DNA of 47,727 nucleotides from Perkinsus olseni (Eukaryota): NCBI GenBank assembly GCA_013115125.1, contig JABANN010000245.1, positions 1 to 47,727 of the forward strand, read 5' to 3'. Shown piece by piece: positions 23,494 to 34,444 of this stretch (position 1 is its first letter; each line of letters starts with the position of its first letter). The notes under the pieces were generated by a model. It saw only the letters and a program-made list of their open reading frames with translations, ran no database searches and was not told where the DNA came from. The position numbers and the translations under genes were made by a program.

Positions 23494-25020
23494 ATGTCTG
23501 TGGCCTTGCCATCACTTGCGGCTTCCTCGTCGGTGGAGCACTTCCTCTCGTCTGTCGAAGCTGCTCCCTCTTGTTACAGAAAGGGGTTGTCGAGGCTAGT
23601 GCAAGATCTCGAGGCAGCTGTCCCTGTCGATTGGGCCGAGTCCTCGTCCATACGACACAACCTGGCGGCTTACGATCTCTGTGCTCTCGCAAATTCTAGC
23701 GGAGCGAAGTTCGATGCGCTGTGGCGGCTTGCTGGTCATGTTATTCCTCGACTGGAGCGTGGCGATATGGAGCAGGAATGTTGGTGCGTAGATAACCCTT
23801 TGAGCTTCAGGACGGCGTCTGAGGACGGGAAGATCTTCGTCGCAGCCCCTCTGTGCAATCCGCTCCATCGCAATTTCGTCCGATGGTTCTGGCGGAGCGG
23901 AGCTGCTACGGTCGTTGACAGGGACATCGCCACTGACCAGCTTGTTATTGGCAAATGTGGTTATCTCCTTGGTGGTGGCAGGTTGGTTAGGAGCCCGGGC
24001 GAGATTATCATTTTCATAGCTACAAAGGCCTGTACGAGAGTCGAGTGTGAGCGCTCCTCGGGTCGTATCTTCGACATCCCTCTGCGACCGAGGGAGGCGG
24101 TCATGTGTATGGGTAATGGAATGAGGGTTGTGGAGGGCGCGGGGATTTTCTGCGTGCTGGGTTGGGACTATAATTGGAATGTAACGAGCAAGTGTAAGGT
24201 GACGTGTCTGGAGGTGAGGGCGCGAATCAAGGGTACGCCCTTCGATATGGATAACGGTGGATTCTCGGTGATCGCGTGCCCGAGGTGTCACAGACCGAAT
24301 GGGCTGTTGGTCGAACCGAAGGAGTTGAGCGGGCGTCGTTGGACGAATAGTGTGGGGAAGTGCGTGCTTGTGTGTGTCTACTCGTCGGAGGGGGAGGGAG
24401 CGATCGAGAAGCTCGGGAGGGATCTGGAATGGTATGGGCCGGAGTATGACCGCCTCTTGTTGGTGCCACGTGGGTGTCCAGAAGAGGGATTCGGGAGAGG
24501 AGTGGTACGGTATTGGCCTGAGAGGAAGGAAGTTACTGGGTGGGTTAGACACCCGCACAGATATAGAGAGGAGAGCTCGCGACCGAGGGAGCCGGCCGCT
24601 AGGGACCTTACCCTGCCAGAAGGTCGTGTATCGCGGAGGTGCTTTAACTCTGATCGTTATGGCACCGACTGTTACACTGCGGTGGAGGCCCTGGAGATTG
24701 ATGGATGTGATACGGTGCTCCTGATGGAGTCGTGGTGGCGGCCTGGGCGTCCTCTCAGGGAAATTATTGGGGAAATTGAGGTAGTGCCGTCAGTGTGTGC
24801 TGATGGTGGCTTTATAATCTTCGAACCCAAGAAGTGGCAGAGTAAGTGGTTGAAGGATATCCTAACTCAAGCCGAGCATCCGGCACAGCAGCGGTGGAAG
24901 AGGCCACTAAAAGGGCTATTGGTGTCCTTCTGGAAGGTAGTGTACGGTAAAGTAGGAGTAGTTGGTCGCCGGAAGGAGGGGAGGGGCAGAGCGGACGGAC
25001 GGAGGAAGCACGAGCGCTGA
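23494..25020 (+). CDS. Intronless paralogue of 17834..19792 (CWC, CPRC, degenerate GT8 fold)
   Basis: Shared motifs: RL.RG...E.CWC..N.L.F, NPL, CPxCxRPxGL.VE, LTL.....S.RCF, FEP, EHPA. Confidence 0.7.
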   Translation: MSVALPSLAASSSVEHFLSSVEAAPSCYRKGLSRLVQDLEAAVPVDWAESSSIRHNLAAYDLCALANSSGAKFDALWRLAGHVIPRLERGDMEQECWCVDNPLSFRTASEDGKIFVAAPLCNPLHRNFVRWFWRSGAATVVDRDIATDQLVIGKCGYLLGGGRLVRSPGEIIIFIATKACTRVECERSSGRIFDIPLRPREAVMCMGNGMRVVEGAGIFCVLGWDYNWNVTSKCKVTCLEVRARIKGTPFDMDNGGFSVIACPRCHRPNGLLVEPKELSGRRWTNSVGKCVLVCVYSSEGEGAIEKLGRDLEWYGPEYDRLLLVPRGCPEEGFGRGVVRYWPERKEVTGWVRHPHRYREESSRPREPAARDLTLPEGRVSRRCFNSDRYGTDCYTAVEALEIDGCDTVLLMESWWRPGRPLREIIGEIEVVPSVCADGGFIIFEPKKWQSKWLKDILTQAEHPAQQRWKRPLKGLLVSFWKVVYGKVGVVGRRKEGRGRADGRRKHER

Positions 25021-25230
25021 GTGTGTTCGACTATAGTCGATTAGCATAGAATTGGCATCGACTATGAAGAGTGTTAATAATTAGTATGAGTATTTCGTGG
25101 CGCGCGCCTCTAGTTTTCTTGGTTTCATGGCCGGCTGCCGTCGTGTTGAGTTTGAGGCCAATTCTTACTGTGTTAGATTCACCTCCACTACGCCTCCCAC
25201 TCGCTGAGATTCGTAGTTGCCGTTGTTCTC

Positions 25231-25302
25231 ATGTCAGTGGTGCCAGCTGCATTGATAGAAGCACCCCTGAGCAATCCGCCGACCGAGGGCAATCAGGCCG
25301 CT

Positions 25303-25358
<56 letters not shown>

Positions 25359-27502
25359 GACTGGACTAGGGCCTATCTTCAATGTTACCAATAACACAGG
25401 TACGACTTGGTTCCCAGCTGCGGGGGCTGCCGTAAATACAACTGGTCCGGGTCGGCCGAGTCCTAGTGACGTTGCTTGGGATACCATACGAGTGCCTGTT
25501 GCTAGTAATGTGACAACTGTGCTGCTGCCCGTGGACGTCGGCACAACACAAATAGTAGCCACGACCGCTCCTCCGGTCATAGTGCCCGGCAACGCGACGA
25601 TTAACACCACTTCACTGACGACTGTAGAGGTTCCGGTGGTGGTCCCGACCGCGTCAGCAATACCAGTGGGGAAGAGGGACGTCTACCTTGCCAATGGCTT
25701 CTTCTTCTTGGCCGTACTGTTGGGTCTATCCCTACTAGGAGGCCAGTTCTTGAAGTGGGCTAGAGTACGCTGGCTCGGTGAATCCGGCTTGGCCACGACG
25801 CTGGGTCTGCTGTGCGGGTTGCTGCTCTACAGCCTCCGAGCTGAGACGATGCTTGAGAAAGTACTCGAGCTTAACGAGGAAGTCTTCTTTTTTGTCTTAT
25901 TGCCCCCTATAATTTTCCAAGGTGGCTTTTGTATCGACACGAAGACCCTTTTTAAAAATTTCGGCACTATAGTGTGGCTGGCGGTGTGGGCCACCCTCTG
26001 CAGCTTCATGTTCATCGCCGGGGCAGTTTTCCTCGCAGGCCAACTCGAGCTCTGTTCCCCTTGGACCATCCACGAGGCCATGGGCTTCGCTACAGTCATC
26101 TCGGCGACAGACCCAGTGGCCGTGCTCTCGGTTTTGAAGTCCCTCTCGACGGCTGGCCCCCTACTCTCGGGACTAATCGCTGGTGAAAGTTTGCTCAACG
26201 ATGCGATATGTTTGGTCCTCTACCGGTCCCTTATAAGGTGGGAGGACCGGTCGTTGGTTCATGCACTGCAGACGTTCATTTACGTCTTCGCCGGCTCATG
26301 CCTGCTGGGGACGGCCTTTGCCTTCGTGTCCTCTCTGGTCTACAAATTCTTCCCGAGAGATAATGGTGGAAATAATAGCGGCTATGAGCTGACAAGTCGG
26401 AGGTTAGCTTCTGAAGAGGTCGAGCATGCAAGATACGAAAGAGGTGACCAAGAGAGGTCGGCAGGATATGGTTACAGTGTAGTGTTGGAGGTCAGCGTAC
26501 TTGTCCTGTTCGTGTGGATGAGCTACCTCCTAGCTGAGGGGCTGCAGCTGTCCGGCATTTGCGCCATACTCTTCTGCGGTATTTTCATGAGGAAATATAC
26601 ATGGTAGGCACAGAGGAGCTTTATGTCGTCTGTCGTCTCATCTCCTCGCTCGCTGCTGCTGCTTCTTGGTTCGGCTGTCAGCGATGACATATGGCCGTTT
26701 GAGTCTTAACGCTGGCGTCTGATTGGCTTTGTCTACTTATCGTCAGCAGGATCACTCAAATATGTCACCCCGTCTTTTTTTGATCAGGTTGAACCTAAGT
26801 CCAGAAGCGAGGAACCTCGCTGAATCTATCTTCGAGCTGTTTGCGGTGTTAGCGGAAGCTGTCATCTTCGTTTTCCTCGGCCTTGCCCCCTTCTCCTTCG
26901 ACAAGTCCTTGGCACGGACGTCCATATCGACCTACATAGTAGCAGCCCTGGCTACCTTTGGAGCCCGGGTCCTGTCAGTCAACACGACGGTGTCGATGGC
27001 GAACCTTTGCCGGACGCGGAGTAAGCTGCCGGCTTCCTACACTTCAGTCCTGTCCTTCTGCGGTCTGCGTGGAGCGATGGCTCTCGCCTTGGCCATCCGA
27101 GCCAGGCATGACTTCCCTTTGCACGGCCATGAGATACTCTCGGTCTCGACAATAATAGCGCTTTTTACGGTATTGGTGTTGGGCTGCTCGGCCAGTTACG
27201 TTTTGGATTGGCTACTAGGCTCGGAGATGGCACCGTGCGAGGAAGCGTCAGAGAACAGTAGTGTCACCACTGGTTATTGCGGAGGGATGAAGCGCCTCGT
27301 GATGACGTTGAACCGCGGAGTGCTGCTGCCGTTATTCACGAGAAGTGGTCCGCAGAGTATGCGGTATACCGGTGTTGAGCGCCACAGTAGTCGTAGCGAT
27401 TCTGATGACATGATGGGCGCCAACTCGCCGCCTGGCGCGTCAGAATTAGGTCGCCGGGCACTGACGCCGATAGAACTTGAGGATGGGTACACGATCGAGT
27501 GA
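25231..27502 (+). CDS. CPA1-family Na+/H+ exchanger (NHE8/NHX-like); one intron at about 26604-26788; true start probably slightly upstream
   Basis: FFFVLLPPIIFQGGF, ISATDPVAVL, GESLLNDA, SYLLAEGLQLSGICAILFCGI and GLRGAMALALA motifs. Confidence 0.93.
25303..25356 (+). repeat. CAA(CAG)17 microsatellite encoding Q18
   Basis: Read directly; in frame in the exchanger N-terminus. Confidence 0.95.
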
Positions 27503-27723
27503 CGCTACGGCGGTGCTGGATTTCCTACTGAAAGGTTGTATCGGGCTCGAGGCGATCATCCGGAAGCCCAGTCGATTTTTACACAAGACTGTTCTGAACG
27601 TCGGAAAATTGATAGTGTGAACCTTTGTATGATTCAGTTTAATATTTTTAGCGGAGCGAAGTTGTGTTGTAATTGAGGTGAAGTGGAAGGGACCGGTCCA
27701 ATAGTGTTGTTGGTGGTTGCGTG

Positions 27724-30700
27724 ATGAAGCAGAAGTCATCGCTCCGACGAGCTGACACGGAAGGTGGCCGATCGACGAAGTCCGTGGGCTTCAGTACTAG
27801 ACGGACTCGCCATTATAGGAAGGGAGAAGAGAGGTGATAGACGAGGGAAGGTTGGCATTTGTGAATGCGTACATACTCATACCACTCCTTCGTATACTCC
27901 TAATTTCCAGTCCGTCGGATTCATCGAATGGTGGTGGGAAGAGGATGACTGGTCGGAAGGAGGGCAGCAGCCCTATATCGGGAGAGAGCAGTAGTAGGGA
28001 GCCTGTCGAGCCATCATCGTTGATGGTGTCTGTGGAGGAGCCGTTGTCTCCTATGGACTCCAACACCTTCTCGTCGGACCATGGTGAGGATTGGGCTGCC
28101 GGGTGCCACCACGCCACTTGGGGTCTCAGGAGCGGAGGGTTTGCCTGAGGGCAGACCTGCTGCTGGCCTTGGTGGCGATGCGTCACCATCCTCGACGGTT
28201 GGCACACCGAATAAGACTGGTCTTGGAGGCAACCATACTACTCCTTTGAAGTACGCAGTCGTAGTACTAGGTTCGTCGTCGGGGTCGATCAGGACTCTTG
28301 TTGGTGTAGGTGGATACGACGCACGAGTCTAACCGGTAGGAGCGACAGCAGCAGGGATGACTTCCTTGGGACAGTACCGTTGGAGTTCCCAACTCAAGTG
28401 ATGGCGGGATAGCCTCTGCCGCTCCGTAGCCTGTCACTCTGCCAGGGGCAAGCTGAGAGCCGACCTGTGAAGGAGGTCGTCACCAATAGGTCACAGCCCG
28501 AGCCCTCGGTGGAGGTGCCACCTCAGGACGTGGAGGAATCTATTGCCTCGCCGGATCCGAAGAGAGAGTGAGTCGTAGTAGTCGGGTCCTGAGTCGTGAT
28601 GGGTTGCAGTCGACCTGGAAAGTGCAGAAGGGTGTTTTCCTTGAGTGTGTGCCTACTCTCAGCTCTAAGCCTCCGTCTTCGGCTCTGGCGAGAAGGCAGA
28701 AGACGCCGATGCCCCCGCTGGGCAGTCGGGATGGCGGGTCTCCTCTGATTGACTCGGACGACTCGAGGCTGTTAAGCGAGCTCGGAGACCTGACGCAGGG
28801 AGCCACGACCACTCAACCTATGCGAATGCTCGAATCGAGGGGAAAGAACCACGGTGATGCAGCTGTTTTCAGTTACTCTGGGAGACCCGTGAGATACTGT
28901 GCTATCAGGTGCTAAGGATACACGTCCTCTAGCTTCGTTCCCAGTGCCCTCGCCCACGACGCAGCAGCTAACACAAGTTCAAGGCGAGGAGCCTGAAGGC
29001 GAGTGGAGCGATGCTCAGAGTGATGTTGACATGCAAGGATCTCCGGAAACCGCTGAGGCTGTTGGAGACGCCGTTAATGGTATTGAGATGGATACGGATA
29101 TGACGAGTCGAGAGGACGAAGTATGGTTGACCTTCTCTGATCCATTTGCTGACTTCTGTGGCAGGACACTTGGCAGAGCCCCCGTCCAGACACGGGAGTG
29201 CGGCAATCCGTCGGGTCATCGACACAACAGCTATCGCCTGTTCTCAATGCTGGAGCTGTTGACTTCTCGCCGAGTGGAGTGTCTGAGTAGGGTGGGTGGC
29301 TGCGGTCCGCAGCCTGCGGGATGAGAGCGCCTGAGAGAACCGCTATTGGTGCGGGCTTCGTTGAATTTCTCTGTTCAGGTCTTATGGTTTAGGAGGTTAC
29401 GAAACGCCACAGACGCACAGACGAGAAACACTTTCGAACATAATGTAAGGCTGATCATTGGATTCTGATGAGTGTTCGGCTGACGCTTGTCCTTACGGTA
29501 TAGATTTCGAGAGCCTTCTTAGCTTAGTTGGTAGAGCACCCGCTTAGTAAGCGGGAGGTCGTCGGTTCAACTCCGGCAGAAGGCTTCTTTTTTCAGCCCG
29601 TCTTCCGCTTCCCAGGATGGTATGCTATACAGCGATGTTGGTACGAGCATTAAGAGTGCTAGGAAGGGAACAGGGAAGAAGTCCATCGTATCACAGACCG
29701 AGCTTAAGCGCATACTCCGACATAGCAGTGGGTTTGTGGGACTCCGCGGAGTTGTGTGCAGGCTTGCACAGGCTACTCGGACGCTGATCCATCGGAGTTT
29801 ATGGAGTCTAATGGCTCCCGACAGATGGCTGGTGGATTCGAAATCAGTGAGATAGACGAGACCAGTAAGGAGAACTTCGACACGGAGCAGTCGGCTGCGG
29901 CCTATCGCCAATCTGCATGCGGCTTCAAGGTCAGCATCGGGGTGGCGAAGCTTTCTCTGAATGGTTTCTGAGCTCATCTAGGGTTCGCGAAGACGTACCA
30001 GTAGACCGATCGGCGGAGCTGGGGACGATGGGACGCTCGCGGAGCAGACTCAAGAGTGGCACGTTCCGGTGATTGAGGACACGATTGAAGAAGAAGATGA
30101 GATCGCCGTCTCTCCGTGAGTCGGCCCGGATGGTTCTCTCGATCGCTAACAGTGTCTCTGAACTTATCGCCGATATTCTCCTTTCTAAGAGAGTAAGTAG
30201 GCTCCGAGGGAACGTGTCTCACGACGGGAGCGAACTCATCCTTCGGTCTTCGTAATGCTAACCAACTAAACATGATAATAACTCTGGTGAGCAAAACAGG
30301 GTACGCAGTGATGCTGATACATGGGGGGGGCGTGATCGAAGTAAAATGGCGGATGCGGATTGCAAGAACAGTGCTCTGTATTGGGGGCTTAAAGAGATAG
30401 CGTCTAGTTGGTGCGGCTGATCAAGGTTATGGTATAGTTGTGCTATCCGAGTTGTTTAGAACTCAGCTGGTTCGAAGGGATGACGAAGAAGCTTCCGAAC
30501 TATGTGATGGGGTTGGAGAAGAGACCCAGCCGCAGGAGAAGCCGGTGGATCCATACGCGGCCGTCGAAAAGGCCTCGTTAATCTTCTACGAAGTAGTCGA
30601 GACCGCTGCTGATGAAGCCGGCACTGACGACCTCCAAGATGTATCGGACTTGCTGGAGAAAACAATTGAGGAGTGAGCGGGAGCGAGCGCCTCTGAGTTG

Positions 30701-33166
30701 CGGTTGTTGCTCCAATTAAGGTGGTCTGGCTTGTGTCGTGCTAACGTCGCGCTCAGGATTGGGTCGGAGGGCGCGGGAGTGTCAGAGTTGGCGGTCGCGG
30801 TCTTGCGGAACGATTTGAGGAGGCGAACGGCGGCTGTCCGTAGGAAGATAGAAATCGCGAAAATGCAGGAGATTGAGGTGAGCCAACTCATTTGCGCGTT
30901 GGCGAGGAGCCGTTGGTGGACTTCAGATAAGAAAGAGAGTAGCCCTTCAAGCGCGTGAGAGGATACTAGCGGATGTCGAGTCCCTGGGTGGGTGGTCCGA
31001 GGATGTTGAGGAGATATTCAGGGGAAGGTAGTGCTGGGCAGTCGTCACCCTTTTTTGATCCCGGGTTGATCCTGAGAGGGCAGATTTGCACGGGCAAATG
31101 ACAGGTGCAAGTCAGCTGTTGTCGAATCTAAGACCCCCACTGGCTCGATGGCATTGCGGCCGTCCGGAGCTAGAGAGGAGCTGCTGCGATATTGGCAAGA
31201 AATTATTGATCGATTTGCATTGGAAGGGCAGCTCGCGATGGGACATAGGAAGCGGGAAGAGCTCAGAGCGGAATGCAGCCTCCAAGACGCCAGGGTGAGA
31301 GCGGCAGCGAGCGGAGCGAAGCGTTTGCCTTATGCGAGACTTTAGGTATCTCTTGCTGAGCAGGAGGCTCGAGCTGCTGATATAGTCCGGAAATATGGCC
31401 GGCTGATCGTCGATAGTTCAATTGAGGCGGCAGGTAGTACGGTGGTTGGGGATGCGCCTCACACCACACCCCTGCACAAGCACCGATGTAGTGTTGGTGT
31501 AGTGACAACCGCTTCTACTCATCTCAAACTTCCTAAGTTGATTCGTGTCTGGCTAGGGTTGCTACGGCCAGCCGTTACTGTGGCCTGCTTGGAGTCACTT
31601 CTCGCTAGGACGACATTCGCGTTGTTTTCATTCTTTTTCCGAGACGGTTGAGAATCCGCTATCTTGGAGGAGTTTGACCTCTTCTAACCCAATCATCCGG
31701 TCCTTCCGGTCGACGATTGAGCATGGCCTCATCGCCCATTGGAGCACTCTTCACCATGTTGTTTACAGCGGCTATCAGCTAGAGTTGCAATCCATCGTAC
31801 ATGGGCGCCATCGCAAGGCATCGCTCCCTGCTAGGAATAGCGGGCCTTCTCAACCAACAGGTTCACGGGAGCTCTATGGTTGTGTCAGGTGAAGATGGCG
31901 ACTATGCTGAGCTGCTCCTAAAGACTGTGGCTGATGGCTTCATATCCCGCAAGTGTACTGAGCTGCAGGAGAAGGGAGAGAGGGACATGAAGAATGTAGC
32001 GGACAGGAAAGAACTCATTGCTGTGGACTTGCCGCTGTAGCTGGCAAAATTGATGGAGTCGCGAGACGCTGTGGTGAAGGAGAAGAAGGAGGTAGAGGAG
32101 AAAGTGTCTGCGCAGAGGCGAGTCAGCAACTGGAATAAATGCTGGGCCTACTGGACTGCTGTGCTGCGAGGGTGAGCTCTGAGGTTGAGCAATCTTCGCA
32201 GTGCGCTGGGGAATTTAGGTACCGGGAGCTGCCCTCGGATCAACTGGGCGCCAGGAAGTTCGAGACAGCATCGGGTTTGATGACGATCGTGTTGGAGGAA
32301 GGCGATCCTGATGTGCGCGTGCACGGGTCCGCCAGTCGACGTGACGTGTCGCTTCCTAATGGTAAATTCGGATGTGCTTGGGACGCTATTGCGGCTAGAG
32401 GGAAGGCCTTGTTGTTGGCGGGGGCGACTGCTGAAGAGGTAATGCAGAGTATTGTGAAGATGGGTGATCGCGTTGGGAGATTGCAAGAGTCTGCAAGATT
32501 GCTAAGGGATGAGGGAAGGCTGGGCAGCTGTTCTCTGGTGGTATGCACTGATCGAGGAAAGCTTGCCTTACTTCACCAAGTGGACGTCCCCCGAGGCTTT
32601 GGAACTCGGAAGGGCGCGAACGCAGTCGTTAGCATCGCGGTGATGCTCGGTGGCAACTACGTGGACTGGGAGGGCATCGAGAATAAGGACTACGCTCTTG
32701 ATAACGTAGTGGTGCGACATCCCTTCCCGTTTCCTATCCGATCCGACCTTTTTGCTGTGGGAATACGCATGCATGTCACCAATGGTATCAGCAGACTAGC
32801 AGAGGCACGACGAGCAGCGGCAACTGAGAGGTACCGCACGGGTCTAGCTGTGGCGTGAGATTCTATAGTGTCTCGGGCTAGAAGAGCTAGGCTCGATACC
32901 AACATAGCATCGTCACCCAGCGACGACTGATTGAGGGTTCCGACATCTTTTAGAGGACGTGTTAGCGATGCTTTCACCTTTGTTTCAGTTCCGGGCCATC
33001 ATCGTCGTCTGGCGTGAAGGAGAAGCTAGCTGAGTTGGTCGAGTGTATTACCAATTCAATATCAGTGGAGAAATTAACAGCCTTGAGGGAGAGGGTTGTG
33101 GTGGCGGTGGAATCCTCAAGCTTCAATAATATTATTCCCAACAACCCTAATGCCTTGACTGCATGA
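27724..33166 (+). CDS. Large multi-exon protein, probable KNL1/Spc105 kinetochore scaffold
   Basis: Exon 1 MKQKSSLRRADTEGGRSTKSVGF (SILK-like plus RVxF) splices in frame via intron 27834-27910. Disordered S/P/E-rich region with MELT-like EMDTDMT, then coiled coil, then a C-terminal alpha/beta region resembling tandem RWD. Confidence 0.6.
29513..29585 (+). tRNA. tRNA-Thr(AGT), intronic
   Basis: Acceptor GCCTTCT/AGAAGGC; D arm GCTT/GAGC; anticodon stem CCCGC/GCGGG with AGT at 29546-29548; T loop TTCAACT; T-run terminator follows. Confidence 0.97.
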
Positions 33167-33279
33167 ATGCCATCTTAATACAACTTTTCAATAGCTCTGC
33201 TATATATAAACGCTGAGTTGGTTAAAGGGCGATTTTGTCCGTAATCGGAATTATTTCCCCTTCAGTTCCTTTATAAGCG

Positions 33280-34311
33280 ATGACCTCTGGCAGGCAGGGC
33301 AGTTGCTCTACAGAGGTTGCACCTTGCCTTTCTCTTCCTCATTATTATTTCTCCCTCTACCCACCCTTGTCCATACCCTGGACCCCTCTACTTGTTCCTT
33401 ATGTTTCTTGGGAGGCTCAGGAGGAGCTCATCGATCAGACCATCCACGCCGACCTCGATTGTCTACCGCCGTTGAAGTACTCGATTGCCTTCGTCAAACG
33501 CTTGGTCGCTGAGCTGGGACGGTCTACCGATGAAGTGCGCGACGAGTGGTATGAATATATCGCTGAGAAGGCCTTGAAGTTGGCCAGCCCCGAGAGTGAG
33601 CGGGGGTTCATCTCCTATCAAGTAAACGGCTCCTCCATCTCTCTGGGGTATGACGTCTCGGGTCGCTTCATTGAGCAAGGCACCACCGGCCTGTCACAAT
33701 GGGAAGCCGGCCGGTATCTTGCCAGCTGGCTAGTCGCTAACAAATCGGTAGTCGAAGGCAAAGACGTCCTCGAGCTCGGATCTGGCAGCGGCCTCGTCGG
33801 GCTGGTTGCCGCCAAGTTTTGTGCTGCCCGTGGTGTTCTGCTCACGGACGGCAATGGCTTGGTGGTGAAGGCACTCGAGGCCAACGTAAAGGCAAACGCT
33901 TGTGACAACGTGGAGACTGCGCAGCTGGCTTGGGGCGACTTTGGCGGGGATGGCTCCTTGGACGCCGCGGAAGTCATCATTGGCGCGGACCTCACTTACG
34001 ACCCGACGATTGTTGGTGACCTGATGGCAACAGTGAAGAGGATGGGACCTGACGCGGTGTGTTACCTCTGCAGTGCTGTCCGCACTGAGTCCACTTGGAA
34101 GGAGTTCCTCAAGTTCTTGGACGGGCTGGACGTGAAGGTGCTGATACGCAAACCGGCCCAGTGGGAAGGCCTGGCCAGAGAAGAGTTCCTCGCCGGCCGC
34201 TGCCCTGGGCCGAGAGATCTTGATATGGATCTCGTACTGCTGGAGATCCGTCACCATCATCCAAGTTGTGATATATCTGCAGATAAGATTGACTTAGCCC
34301 TAGGCGCTTGA
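33280..34311 (+). CDS. EEF2KMT: Protein-lysine N-methyltransferase EEF2KMT/FAM86-like
   Basis: FAM86-like PPLKYSIAFVKRLVAEL; GTTGLSQWEAG; VLELGSGSGLVG; LLTDG; IIGADLTYDP (Methyltransf_16 motifs). Confidence 0.85.
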   Translation: MTSGRQGSCSTEVAPCLSLPHYYFSLYPPLSIPWTPLLVPYVSWEAQEELIDQTIHADLDCLPPLKYSIAFVKRLVAELGRSTDEVRDEWYEYIAEKALKLASPESERGFISYQVNGSSISLGYDVSGRFIEQGTTGLSQWEAGRYLASWLVANKSVVEGKDVLELGSGSGLVGLVAAKFCAARGVLLTDGNGLVVKALEANVKANACDNVETAQLAWGDFGGDGSLDAAEVIIGADLTYDPTIVGDLMATVKRMGPDAVCYLCSAVRTESTWKEFLKFLDGLDVKVLIRKPAQWEGLAREEFLAGRCPGPRDLDMDLVLLEIRHHHPSCDISADKIDLALGA

Positions 34312-34444
34312 CTTGAGAACGTATTCCTGGTAGTAGTTTCACACAACCCACCACCGTAGTGGCTCTGCGGTTGTGTTGGCCATCATCCGTGGCTGGAGGG
34401 GCGATGGGTTCGAGTGGTGCTGTGCTGTATCGTTTATAGTCTCT

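Noticed and set aside
23596-24558. 320-aa minus-strand ORF
   Set aside because: Antisense shadow of the + strand gene, which is supported by a paralogue.
27797-28232. Minus-strand ORFs
   Set aside because: Antisense to in-frame spliced + strand exons of the KNL1-like gene.
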